Assembly: GCA_951406725.2 (NCBI GenBank)
Contig: OX597831.1
Location: forward strand, 81,716,001 to 81,780,000
Direction of reading: 5' to 3'
DNA: 64,000 nucleotides
Source: Octopus vulgaris
Lineage: Eukaryota
Shown here: positions 28,567 through 42,690 of the stretch, piece by piece
How positions within the stretch are numbered: the first letter of the stretch is position 1
How the letters are laid out: each line of letters opens with the position of its first letter
Notes under the pieces: generated by a model
The model's input: the letters and a program-made list of their open reading frames with translations, nothing else
Told to the model about the DNA's origin: nothing
Database searches by the model: none
Program-made: the position numbers and the translations under genes

Positions 28567-30348
28567 TAATACCTCACATTTGAGAAGCGATTTACGCGGC
28601 ACTGGTTCTGTTCACGAGTTTTAGCTTAAAAATAAAAGCGTACTCTGGAAAAGAATTTACTCGTACGTCGAGGCGTTACTACAATTTTTTAATATATATT
28701 TACTAATCTTATAAGATTTTTAGAGTATACATAGTAATTAATAGTTATTACTTTTTTAATTTATTTAGTATTAAGTATTATTTATCATAGTTATTTTAAT
28801 AATAAATTTTATAGTATGGAGTGGTTCTATTCTTTAATTGTGACTTCATTCTTGTTAAATTTCTTGATAAACCATAACTTTTTCCATTGACAATTTTAAT
28901 TCACAAGTGTATTTGTAGTTCTTCACTGTTATAGAATTCTTTAACAATTTATTCTATTTTTGTTAATAACGTAGTTCCACGAGTATTCTTATAAACGCTG
29001 AAAAGACGTTTTCCGATTTAAAATTTTAGTTCATCACAAAACCTTGCAAAGCTAAGTATATATTTTTATATTTAAGATTTTCAATTTTTAAAATTTTAAT
29101 ATTTTAATAAGTCTTAATGTATAATTTTTTATTTTTATAAATACTGATTGTTATGTAATGATTTAGTTATCGTAGTTATTTATATAATTATTAGATTTTA
29201 ACTCTATGCTTATTTGTAAGACTTTACTTAGCCAAAGAGATATATAGATCTTTAATAGTAATACGAGTTTTTTTAAAGTTAGGTTTCATGTATTTACATT
29301 TATTGATAGCATAAATTTTAGCCTTTATTAACTATATTTGTTGATAGTTAATTTAGTTATTATTTTAAATATTTTATAATTGTTAGATGTGTACTTAAAT
29401 CTAATATATGAATAATGATTTTTTAGTTAATTAATTTGGTAATTAAATTTTTAGACTATAACTGAATTAAGAATATTTGTGTGTTTTTTTAAGCTATTTT
29501 GTATATTCATAAATATCTCTAATAGTTGACTTCGTCTATTATCAGTTATATATTGCTATTTTCAATTGATAATTTGTAGTAGTATTTTTCATTGATAAAT
29601 ATTTTCGTAGTATTTATTGGATACTATATAACTACGGATTGATAATTTCATTAAGTATTTAGTTGTTGAAGATATGTATTTCATTATTTCATTTTAGTTC
29701 TTAACTATACGGTTTTTGTAAGTTATTAATTAGCCAACGAGATATATGGATCGTTAATTAGTTATAGCGTTCTTTTAAGATAGTTTGTTTGTTTGTTTAC
29801 AATTTGCTTTTTCATCTTTAATCTTTTAATTTTTAATATATTTCATAAGTAATAATGAATAATTAATTTTTAGGTTTTTATTATATGTGCATATATATTT
29901 ATTGATAGAGATAATTTTATATCTTAATTCTTATATTTATATACATTTATATACATTCATTGATAATTTAGTTATTATTCAAATATTATATAATTATTTG
30001 ATTTGAAATTAAATTTAATAATATGAATAGTGATTATTTTTTTTGTTAAATATTTAGGTAAATTAGATATTGACTATAATTGACATTAGATTATTTGTGG
30101 GTTTATTATATTTCTTTAAAAGATATATTATATCTGAATAGATAAATACATTTTCCATCTATTCTTACCTTAAAAATTATATTTATAAATTAATATTTAA
30201 CATTATAATCGATTGTATGACATAATCATAATCGTTCAAGTTTCTAATTTGATAATAGAGTTTTTTTATAAGACAAATTATTATTTATTTATTTCTTTAA
30301 AAAATATTGTTTAAATATATTTGATTGTTTATTTAACTATTATCATTA

Positions 30349-30441
30349 ACCTGAAGATTGACTATAACCATAATTCGAATTATTAATTGAAATTAAATTA
30401 CTGTTATTCGAATTAGGTTATGGGCATGAAACGATCGTAGT
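30349..30441 (+). ncRNA. Hammerhead motif with a long stem II, in the PLE 3' pLTR
   Basis: CTGAAGA (30351) - ~20-bp stem TGACTATAACCATAATTCGAAT / ATTCGAATTAGGTTATGGGCA - GAAAC GATC GTA. Stem I is weak. Confidence 0.72.
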
Positions 30442-30502
30442 GGTTTTACATTTTATCTTATATTAAACTTTTTAATACTTTTTGATAGTTATATATTTAA
30501 TA

Positions 30503-30560
<58 letters not shown>

Positions 30561-30810
30561 TCATAAATATAAATTAATAATTTTAAATTTTTTACTTTAA
30601 ATTTAAATAATTTAAATTTTGAATTTTATATTTTATATATTTTGTATATTATATTAATTAATTTTATTTCTATGTTTTGGTTTATGTTTTTCACTGTTTG
30701 ATTTGCCTAATAGTGGTTTTATCTCTAATTTAACTTATATTTATACTGTAAAATTGGATTTAATTCTAAATCTAATTTTTCCCAGTAAGTTTGGATTTAT
30801 TCCCTAATAT

Positions 30811-30873
<63 letters not shown>

Positions 30874-30935
30874 AATTTTAACCGAATGAGATAAAAAAAA
30901 CAAGGCTGTGCAGATTTTAGAACATTTATAAATAG

Positions 30936-30983
30936 GTCTTACAGCCGCTTCCAGGATATTTATTATATCCTTTCATCGGAGAC
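30936..30983 (-). ncRNA. Degenerate hammerhead motif
   Basis: Minus strand: GTCT CCGATGA a AGGATAT aataa ATATCCT g GAAG C GGCT GTA AGAC. Stems I and II perfect, two core substitutions. Confidence 0.7.
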
Positions 30984-31212
30984 GGTGTGAGAGGATTGTT
31001 ACGTAATAGTTAATTTAGATAAGATACATAATAGAGAGTGAGGTGGTGGAAAGAAAATAGTTGTGAGATATGTTGGGATATTGTATTTGTATACGTACGT
31101 ATACTACATAAGTGCATGAAATCGTTTACTTGTCTTGAATAAAAAGTACCAAAATTCTTTCAAAAATTCGTTTTTTCATGATTCCCAAAATCCTGATTTA
31201 AGACGACGACGA

Positions 31213-31385
31213 TGGTGGTGATTTTGCTGGTGGTGGTGGTGGGTGGTGGTGGGTGGCGGCGCGGTGGTGGTGGGTGGTGGTGGGTGGCGGCGCGGTGGTG
31301 GTGGGTGGCGGCGCGGTGGTGGTGGGTGGCGGCGCGGTGGTGGTGGTGGTGGTGGTGGTGGTGGTCGTCGTCGTCGTCGTCATCG
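31213..31385. repeat. G-rich (GGT)n tract containing ~4 copies of a 21-bp unit GGTGGTGGTGGGTGGCGGCGC
   Basis: Seen directly. Confidence 0.85.
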
Positions 31386-31877
31386 TCGTGGTAGTGATGA
31401 TGATGATGATGGTTGTGGTAGTTGTAATGGTAGTGGTAACAGAAGTGACAGCAGCAATGATGAAAAGCTGGAGGTTGAGGTGAAGGAGGAGGAGGAAGAG
31501 GAGAAAGAGGAAGAAGAGGAAGGAGAAGACGCGGAATGATGATGATGGTGATGATGATGACAAAATTGAAAACTAATAACTACCGAAATGTTAGACAAGG
31601 AAGAAAAAACGAAAAAAGAAAGAGAAATTCTTAGGACAAGAAAAAATGCCGTGTGTGGCAGGTGGCGGGTTGATGGGTGGTTAGTGAGGGTGCGTCGTAA
31701 CAATAATAATCACGACTTTGGAGGAGGAGGAGGAGAAGAAGAAGAAGGTGGGAAGAAGAAAATTACAAAGAACACGAAACCAAAACAAAACGATGAATAA
31801 AAAACGTAAAGACTGCTTAAAATATGACAGAAAGAAAACAATCTTTATGGCTTCTGTACAAGTTGGTCAACTTTCCC

Positions 31878-32410
<533 letters not shown>

Positions 32411-32899
32411 GGGGGGGGGGCATGATGGGGATGTTGTCTGCGTATGTTTCGGTGTCTTTCAATGCTGGAATGTGTGTGTGTGTGTGTATATATATAAGTA
32501 TTAATGTATGTATGTACATATATATATGCAAATTTTTTCGGTTCTCTTTAATATTGTGTGTGTGTGCACGCATGCCTAAGTGCGTGTGTGTATTTATATA
32601 TTTATATAGATAGACTAGATAGATGTGTGTGTGTGTGTATGTTCATGCGCTTGTGTTGGTGTGTATAATAAGTACCGTTTGATCCATCTCAGTTTTTCTT
32701 TTTATCTCTGTTATTCCTTCTCTTTTTTTTACCTCCCTTTCCACTTTACATCCTATTGTGAAGAAGTAAAATATCCGAAATGTCATAACTACTCTCTTCC
32801 CTTTCTCTAAGTATCAAACTGAGAAAGATCGCGAACTCAACACGTTTTGTCATTTATTTATTTATTTTTATGAAAGTTTGTTCTTTCCCCACATACATA

Positions 32900-32966
<67 letters not shown>

Positions 32967-34603
32967 GCACGCACACACACTTATATGTGTGGATAGATAT
33001 GCATATACATAAATGCATATATATACATACATATATATATATATATACACACACACGCACACACATATACATATACAACTTTTTTATTGTCATATTATCG
33101 TATATTTATGTCTGTGTGTATATATATATATATACATATATACATCCATTTTGGCTTTCATTTACTCTATAATTTATTATCCCACTGTTTATATACGCAA
33201 TATTCTTGTTGTTATGGTTATATTTGTTTTGTAAACGATTGATATACTATATATCTCTCTCACCTTTCTATTTCCCCTCTGTCTCTTCACACACACACAC
33301 ACACACACGAAACATGTATGTAATGTTTGATACGTGTCTGTTTTATTGCTGTTAATTTCAGGGAAATGCCTAAATAATAGAAAAGCAATGATTTTTTTTT
33401 TGTAGCCAATAAATATATACATTGATCATAAGATGGCTTATTGTGAATAGAACGTTAATTGTGTTGTCTGTCTGCTTTCAGCATGGATGACTTCACTGAC
33501 TGGCGAACGAGTGGGAATGGCGGTGGCGGCGGCGTTATTGATGGTGGATACGTCGGTAATGGTGGTGGACTAAGTAGTAGAGTAATATTAGTATTGTTTA
33601 GGCTGGTGCTGGTGGTGGTGGTGGTGGTGGCTGTGCTGTTCTTACTATTATTATTATTATTATGGTGTTGTAGGCGGCAATGTTGATGTGTAGGGTGGCT
33701 GTTTTTAAAGAAATGCAATGTGGCTGTATGGTTAACATGGTCGCTTACACACCTTTGCGGTTCTTGGTTCGAGCTCATTGCACACCACATTGTGGAACTG
33801 TTCTCTTTTTTCCTTGCATCTTTTTCATTTAGTTTAAATTGTGAACGGAATTCGGTGGACGAAGAATTTGGAAGCGCCCTCTTTGTGTGTTTGTGTGTGT
33901 CTGTGAGCGTGCGCGTGCGTAGAGGAATGTATATATATCTTTATATATACATACATTCACACACACACATGTATGTGTATATGTATCGTTCTCTCTACGT
34001 GTGGGAGTGTGTGTGTATGAATTTATATGCGTGTCTATGTGTGTGTGTGTGTGTTTGGGAGCGTGGTTTACCGAAACTGGAGCATTATGTGCGAAGTTCG
34101 ATCCCGCCACACGACATTTTAGACGAGTGTCTTTTACTGTAGCCACGAATCGATCCCCGGTTGTCCAGCGGTGCTGGGAAACGAACAACACACGCACATA
34201 CATACACACACATGCACACACATATACATAAATACATATATATACGATAGATTTCTTTCATTTTTCGTCAACCAAATCCACTAACAAGGCTTTGATCGAC
34301 CCGTGGCTATAGTAGGAGACACTAGCCCAAGGTTTCACCCAACCGTTTGGTTGGGAAAGACTCCGAAAGGATCTCGGTTGTACTCAGTCATTTAAACCTT
34401 AATTCTGTTTTATCATTATAAGGGTTCTCGACTGCGGAATATTCGACCACTTATAATATAGAAGAAACTGTCAGTGGTCCAGTAACTGAATTGCTGTCAT
34501 CGAAAACGACGGAGTACTCACTTATCAGTGAGTGTGTGTGACAGAGTGTGTGAGAGAGTATGTATGTCTGTCTATGTGATATATCTGCCTTTATATGTGA
34601 GTA

Positions 34604-34659
<56 letters not shown>

Positions 34660-34872
34660 TGTGTGTGCGCGTGTGTGTGGAGACAGGGATACCACAGCCC
34701 TCAGTTCTATTTCCCCCTCCTCATTCGGTCTTGCATCTCCTCATTTACTCGTTACGGACCACTGACCAATGACACTCGTTTTAATATACTCACACCTATG
34801 ACACCCTAAGAAGCAGCAACAGCGGCAGCAGCAGTAGTAGTAGTGAAGAAAATAAGTTGCTATCATTAATTA

Positions 34873-34920
<48 letters not shown>

Positions 34921-35129
34921 CAACACCTTCGCTGTCACCTCCGCCACCTTCACCATCTTTACCATCACCACCACTTGTACCTCTAGGAGGCGGTGGTTCC
35001 TTCTCCGCCCTCACGTCTCTTTATAAATGGTTCACTTCGAAAATGTTGATGACGACTTCTTTGTGGAGGTGTCTGTCCCCCGTCCTATCAATCTTATTCA
35101 TGTCATTCACCATTAATCAACAGACAAAT

Positions 35130-35700
35130 AAGTTACTTGCCCTTCTTTACCTAAGAAAGGTGACCCGAGAAGCTTCATGATTCGACCTACAATTCATAAC
35201 AAGTCTTCAAGCAAACGTCATAAGAAAGTCCTTGTAGACAAGGAACTTGAATGTCGGTTCCGTCGTCCTTTCGTCTCTTCGGACATTCCCAGCTGAAAGC
35301 AGCGCTCTACTAAAAGAGTATTTCCTAAACTGCGAGTGTCTCAAGTTGAGCTATTTTGAAATCTGTCTACAATCTCCAAATGAAAAGTATCCCCACCCAC
35401 AAGGGACCAACCAGTTCTTCATTAACGTCCAGAGCTGTGGTCTTCAACCTTTCGTTGTTCAACTTAAACAGAATTTACTTTTGTGCTGGGGTTTGTTATC
35501 TCATTTTCTTATCGTATCCCAAACCGCATGTTTATCTTTTTAAATACTTGCGTAGATTAGCGCCCTCTATGTTAATCTTTTATGGAGGCAACATTATATT
35601 GGTTATTGGACCATCATCATCTTTTCTACTCTCTAACACAATGTCCTATTTATGCTTTAATCCCAACAAAGACTTTTTTTTAAATACATTTAAGATTGTA
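35130..35700 (+). pseudogene. Very degraded LINE RT fragment (CR1/Jockey-like)
   Basis: PKKGDP (~35150), FFIN (~35415) and FNPNK (~35656) in the expected order. Confidence 0.4.
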
Positions 35701-35920
35701 CCAAGTTAAAATAGTTCATTTCTATGAAAAATCAGGAACCCGCTAAACACCCGGCACCCTCTTGTGAATCCACAACACTTTCAAGAGCTTGCTATCGTTC
35801 AGGTTTAGAAACCGTTGAACCACGTCACATGCCCTCTGCTAAACCTTTATAAAATGCAAGAGCTAGCTCTTTCATTCATATAAGTCTATCAGCGAAATAC
35901 CAGTTATATACTGTGGTCTA

Positions 35921-36136
35921 CGAGGGGGTACTGCAAAGTTCCTGGCTTTGGGTAAAAGAAAATACAAAAAGATCAGTTAATTGTGATTTTATTCAACATA
36001 TTCCCCTCTCAGATTCACACACTTATTGCAGCGGTCCTTCAGTTTTTCCAAGCCCTGTAAAAGTACTCAGGAAGTTGGGCCTCCAGCCAGGCCTTTCGCG
36101 ATACCCTTAAAGCAGGAACGTTTCTGCACCCCCTCG
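35921..36136 (-). mobile_element. Mariner-derived MITE (internal deletion derivative)
   Basis: TIRs CGAGGGGGTACTGCAAAGTTCCTGGCTTT and (reverse complement) CGAGGGGGTGCAGAAACGTTCCTGCTTT. Interior encodes the mariner C-terminus GLEKLKDRCNKCVNLRGEYVE* on the minus strand. Confidence 0.85.
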
Positions 36137-36765
36137 TTTATAGTGCCCCCTTCTCAATATATATGTCTTCTTGTGCCTGTGTGAGAAACCTCTTTCTTCT
36201 CTCTGTTAGCACACAAATATTCTTCCAAATCCAAAAACGGTGCCTCTTGTATGCATTCGCTTGACCTGCAAGAAGAAGCAGTCATATTGTCGTTAAATTA
36301 CACATTATTGTCTCTAAGAAGGAAGTTCACATTGGAGGGTGTTGTTCTATGTAATCAGATGGTCACGTCTGGAATGTCTATGAGTATAAGTCTGCTCAAT
36401 GAGGGCTGGCCAAGGGCGAAATGTCAACGCCAATGATAATAATAGTCCTTTTCTTTCCTTTTCTTTTACTCCCCCCCACTTCCTATCAACGAACCATCAT
36501 TATAATCACTACTAAGTTCTACACCCTCAAGCACTACCATCACCACATCACCACCAAAATACTACAACCAATACTAACATCACTGTAACCATTATAACCG
36601 TCAGCATTACAATTACTACCACCACCACCACCACCACCACTACCACTACCACTATAACCTCCACCATTATCACCAACGATTATGTCTTTACGTAATTCTT
36701 CGACATGCTAGAAGCAGCAGCCAATTTTCACATAAATCATACTTTACAACACCATAACGGTGGTT

Positions 36766-36817
<52 letters not shown>

Positions 36818-37415
36818 CGGTGATGGTGATGATGCTGATGTTAGTATTAGTGGCAACGATGGCGGTGGCAGCGGCGGCGGTGGTAGCCTTCGGTGGTGGC
36901 AGAGGTGGTAGTGGCAGAGGTGGTGGTGGCAGCGGAGGTGGTGGTGCTGCTACCCAGCCACGCCGGGTTATTATTTTGTTTTTGTTTTTAAATAATACTC
37001 ACAGGTGTGTATTGATGATGAGGTGGATCATTGAATCAGCCACAGGTGTGTTTCTCATGATGATGATGATGGCAGGAGGGAAGGGGGGTGTGATAGTGAA
37101 GAAGGGCTTCTAGCTGTGAGAGGTGGAGTGTGTGCAGGGTGGGGCGGGGAGGGAGGGTGTAGAGTCCCGTCATTCTTACCTAGCAGGTGTTGTGTATTGT
37201 TGGTAGCACCAGGTAAGTAGATGAAGTAAATCTAGAATAACCACCGACCCCACCACCACCGCCGCCGCCGCCGCCGCCGCCGCCGCTGCCCCTGCTGCTG
37301 CTACGCACACTATCAACCACTTCACCCGGCAGCCAGTCGCTACATACAACGAACCAAGCTTACGCTAAATCACCACCACCATCGCCACCACCGCTTGTCA
37401 CAGAAACGAAATGAA

Positions 37416-37452
<37 letters not shown>

Positions 37453-37455
37453 TTC

Positions 37456-37525
<70 letters not shown>

Positions 37526-37567
37526 TGTATATATATATATATATATATATATACATACATACATACA

Positions 37568-37599
<32 letters not shown>

Positions 37600-37859
37600 C
37601 ACATACATTTTCGCACGCGCGTATATATACATATGAAACACATTTATAAATAAATGCATGTATATATATATATTCATAAGCATAATGGTCGGTTACCAAC
37701 GACACCGCTTCCATCACCACCACAGACCACATCTCCGCCTCCAGCCACTAACACACGTTATATACACCCTCTTTCTTCCAGATGCACGCCTGTATGCATT
37801 TATCCATCCATCCATGTACACATACATATATCCATACATGCATACATAAGTAAAAGGCC

Positions 37860-37908
<49 letters not shown>

Positions 37909-37969
37909 TATGTATACATACATGTGTATGTATATATGTATATACATATATATATATACACATGTATGT

Positions 37970-38039
<70 letters not shown>

Positions 38040-38215
38040 GAGCGGTACAAAATTAAGTGAAAAAGTAAATATGAGAAACTAGATAGTTGAGGGTATATCT
38101 ATGTACGTATAGAAGTGTGTATATGCTTGTCAACATATATGTGTGTGAATATATTTTTTCCTGTGTATGTGAATGTGTCTTTGTGTGCACAAGCACATAA
38201 ACATGTGCGTATATT

Positions 38216-38349
38216 CATACATACATGCATACATACATACATACATACACACATACATACACACATACATACATACATACATACATACATACATACACAC
38301 ATACATACATACATACATACATACATACAGACATACATACATACATACA

Positions 38350-38381
<32 letters not shown>

Positions 38382-38630
38382 CATACATACATACATACAT
38401 ACATACATACAGACATACATACATACATACATACATACATACATACATACATACATACATACATACATACATACATACATACATACATACAATACATACA
38501 TACATACATACATACATACATACATACATACATACATACATACATACATACATACATACAATACATACATACATACATACATACATACATACATACATAC
38601 ATACATACATACGTACATATATACATACAT
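38216..38630. repeat. (TACA)n microsatellite
   Basis: Seen directly. Confidence 0.97.
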
Positions 38631-39241
38631 GTAAACATACTTAAATTGTACGTGTGTTTGTACGCACTTAGCAGCGTGTTAATAAACTCCAACCGTAGGT
38701 AACTTTAACAGTGTGCTTAAGCAATTTTCTCACAGATCCGGGTGGCTGTGAGGGTGAGGACTGATCCGCGGGGTGTGTGGGCCTTGTGGTGGCTGGTAGG
38801 GTGTGCTGAGGGGTGTAAAAGTAGCGACTAATTCTTACATATGTTAGGATGAATGCCTGTGTATATATTCGCTGGGCGAAAAAGAAAAAAAAAAACAAAA
38901 TGATAAAACATAAAAAAACCCTACAAAAACCTTGAAGTCCCTTCCTCTGCCGGTGTGCATGTGTGCCCATATGTAAGTCCTTTTATCTAAAGCTGGCCAA
39001 CGTGTTAAATGTACGCTGTGAAGAAGACATTGACGTCGCTTGCAATACAAGCTGTCCATGTTATTGTTACATCTTGTATATTTGAACATCCATTTTAGGG
39101 ATTGTGCTCGATTGTAGAAGAACACTCACACACAAACGGACGACCGACAAAAGATCTTTTGTAAATTGTCTTTTTGCTTAACTTGCCAGCTAAGTATGGC
39201 CTCTCTGCCTACATGCGTGTTTACGTGTAACGTCTCTCTGC

Positions 39242-39328
<87 letters not shown>

Positions 39329-39521
39329 ACAGGTAAATTTATATATATTTACACGTATATTGTTTTGTAATTTTGGATTCTGTGAATCGTGGATATTTAA
39401 GATTGCGAATGTGTATTATGTGTAATGTGTGCGTGTGTGTGTGTGCAAATATGTATAAGTACATGTGTGTATATATATATACATATATATATGTATGTAT
39501 GTATATAATATATATACATAC

Positions 39522-39605
<84 letters not shown>

Positions 39606-39636
39606 TATGTATATATATATACCCTTATATTTAAAC

Positions 39637-39995
39637 TCGACTCCGACGGTCACGAATGACCATGGGTGCACCTAAGAGGTTTCCCTCCGGAGTACAAGTC
39701 TGGGAAGAAAGTCGCCTCACCGGCGAACGCACAACCTAGGGTTATGGAACAGCAGCAGTCACCCATGCTTGCTCCCCCCCTCCCGTCTCCACGCCACCAA
39801 TGTTACCCAAGGGAAAGGCAAAGACCGATACAGCTTGTGCACCAGTGACGTCACAGCTCATTTCTACAGCTGAGCGAACTGAAGCAGCGTGAAATAAAGT
39901 GCCTTGCTCAAGAACACGACATGCAACCCGGTCCAGGAATCGAACTCATAACCTCACGATCGTAAGCTCGACGTCTAACCCCTGAGCCATGCGCC
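39637..39995 (-). mobile_element. tRNA-derived CORE-like SINE family D
   Basis: Minus-strand head GGCGCATGGCTCAGGGGTTAG...GAGTTCGATTCCTGGACCGGG, then TTCTTGAGCAAGGCACTTTATTTCAC. Possible degraded relative at ~51230. Confidence 0.75.
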
Positions 39996-40072
39996 TTCAC
40001 ACACACGCACACATATAGATAGACAGGCAGACAGATAGACAGACAGACAGACATACAGACAGACAGACAGAC

Positions 40073-40145
<73 letters not shown>

Positions 40146-40412
40146 TGTATATATACATGTGCATATATACACATATGTATATATACACATATGTATATAT
40201 ACACATATGTATATATATATATGAGTGTACAATTTATATAATCCAGGGGAATAATTACAAGGTAGCTAAATGTTGCTAATGTGTCCTCGAAAATAACGAT
40301 CCCACTTGTGTGGGATTTGATTCCGGGTTAAGTAAGTCGAATTTAAGAGAAAATAGGGAAACTTGAAAAAGGAGACAAACGCTCAGAATGTAATTAAAAC
40401 ATTTATATCTTC

Positions 40413-40506
40413 ATATCCTCTACATATGTTTCGATGGCTACATTAAAAATAAGTCCGACGGAAAGAATTACGGTCAGCTATGAATCAATCTCATCAGGAA
40501 AGACAT
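40413..40506 (-). ncRNA. Hammerhead motif, intact core, extended stem II
   Basis: Minus strand: ATGTCTTTC CTGATGA GAT...(~52 nt)...ATC GAAAC ATAT GTA GAGGATAT. Confidence 0.78.
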
Positions 40507-40702
40507 AAACAACAAAATTCATCAAATAGACATTTTTACAGATATAGGAAGCCGTAGAAAATTTGACGTATTTATATGTATATGCACGCACACGTATACA
40601 CACGCATATATTCCTGTATGTGCGTGTATATACATGGTTCAAAATAATGCAAAAAAACAAACAAAAACAAGACAAGCATCTCTACCTTTATCTCTCTCCT
40701 TC

Positions 40703-40756
<54 letters not shown>

Positions 40757-40884
40757 CATACATGCATATATACATATATACATATATACATAACTGTGAG
40801 TACATGCGAACATGCATGTACATGAAATTATTCAAATGTAAACGTATTTATAGACAGAGAGAGGGGGAGGGAGATATAGAGAAA

Positions 40885-40925
<41 letters not shown>

Positions 40926-40983
40926 TAATTATGCACATACACACATTCGCAAACACACCACACATATATACTTTTACATGTAG

Positions 40984-41031
<48 letters not shown>

Positions 41032-41463
41032 GCATACATATACATGCATGACCGTGTTTATGTGTGTCTGTCACCCACCCAACCAACCAACTGCACACAA
41101 TGATTGGTCTCAGTTACTTCCTTCTCAGCCATTTCGATTTTTCAGTTGTTAGAGTAAAAAAAAGACACAATGTTTGTGAAGAAAAGGAGTTTTAAAAGAG
41201 CCCCAAAACAAGAAGGGGATCTCCAACAATATCTACAAACAGAACCCTGACAACCTGGGATTATTGGTGAGAAGACAGCAGTGAGTTTGGAAGCAAAGAA
41301 TCACAATGTAACAGTGGTGCCTGACAGAAGAAAACTGAATTTACCAATTGCAGGGCGTGATTAAGTGTTAGAGAGTGAAATGTTTAGTTTCTGATGATGT
41401 TCGCTCAGAAAAACTGGTGTCCCGGGATTTGTATGCTGTCTCTTGCATACGAATGCTTTCGAA

Positions 41464-41700
41464 CAATGGTTCTCAAGCATTTGTTTTCATTCCTATTTTG
41501 CTCAGCTGGACCCCCATAGCTACATGATGTTTAGGAAGATCCCATTATAGTTAAATAGTTAAATATTATTAGGAATGGTTTTAAAAAAATTGCTAAAATA
41601 TTTTATGTATTGTAATAGTATAACTAGTTTATTGCAGATAAAGTTTAACAAAATCTTATGTGGACCCCTCAGGGCCAAATGGGCCCCGGTTTAGAACTTA
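41464..41700. mobile_element. Degenerate hAT/Charlie-like MITE
   Basis: CAATGGTTCTCAAGC left end, GGTTTAGAAC right end, internal GGACCCC motifs. Confidence 0.5.
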
Positions 41701-41944
41701 GCAAAGGAAGAAATGACCGTGAGGTAGTCTTGCTTTACCTGGCAAAAGCGCGCGGATGTGAAGTTTTGCGTTCCGGGAGGCATGGAAGTGGTCTAATTTG
41801 GTATATATATCTATAACGGGAAGGTTTACGAAAATAAACAAAAGACGAAGGCAGGTTTATGAAAATAGACAAAAGACGAAGGCAGGTGGAGTACAAACAA
41901 ACAATTGTATTAGTATGGCGCTCAGGAATAGAAATAAAACAAGA

Positions 41945-41980
41945 CTTTTACGTTTCGAGCCTACGCTCTTCGACAGAAAG
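41945..41980 (-). ncRNA. Minimal pLTR hammerhead with a CUGUCGA variant core
   Basis: Minus strand: CTTT CTGTCGA a GAGC gtag GCTC GAAA CG TA AAAG. Confidence 0.72.
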
Positions 41981-42690
41981 ATACACAGAAAAGAAACACG
42001 GAGAGAAAAAAATGCGTGTAGGAGCTAACGGTCTATCATGGCGTTCTGACTTCAGGCAGAAGTCAGAGGTCAGAGGTCAGACGTTAGACGCTAGAGGGAT
42101 AGTAGGGGAGATAACACGGTCAAGTGACTTCGCCCCAACAGGAAGGTGCTATTGAAAGAGTCTGGACGTGTGTGGAGATATGGGGATGGGTGTGCGGGTG
42201 GTGTGTTGTGATATAATATGTGTATGTATGTGTAGGTGTAAAGATGTGGGGATGGGTGTGTGGGCGGTGTGCTGTGGGTAGTGTGTTGTGATGTGTAATG
42301 TCGTATGGTGTAGTGTAGTGTGGTGTGATATTGTAGGGAGGTGGGGGCGAGTATGGGGAAAGCCCATGTGGGGTGTGGGTTCGGCTGGGGTCGGGGTAGA
42401 GTTGGGGTTGTGGGGAGAGTGAGCGGGGGAGAGAAGAGAGGGGAGGAGGGGAGGGGAGGAGGGGAGGGAAGGAGGGGAGAGGAGGGAGAGAAGGAGGGGA
42501 GTGGTGGGGGAGGGGGAGGAGGGGAGGGGAGTGAGGGAGCAGAGAGAAAGAGAGAAGGGAAAGAGGGAAGAAGAAAGAAGAAGAGGGAAGAAGAAAGAAG
42601 AAGAGGGAAGAAGGGAAAGAAGGGAAGAGGAGGGAAAGAGAGTAGGGGTGAAAAGATGAAGGACTGAAGAGAAGTAGGAGTCGGGGGAGG

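Noticed and set aside
41391-41420. CTGATGA...GAAA
   Set aside because: Stem II only 2 bp; no stem III or stem I.
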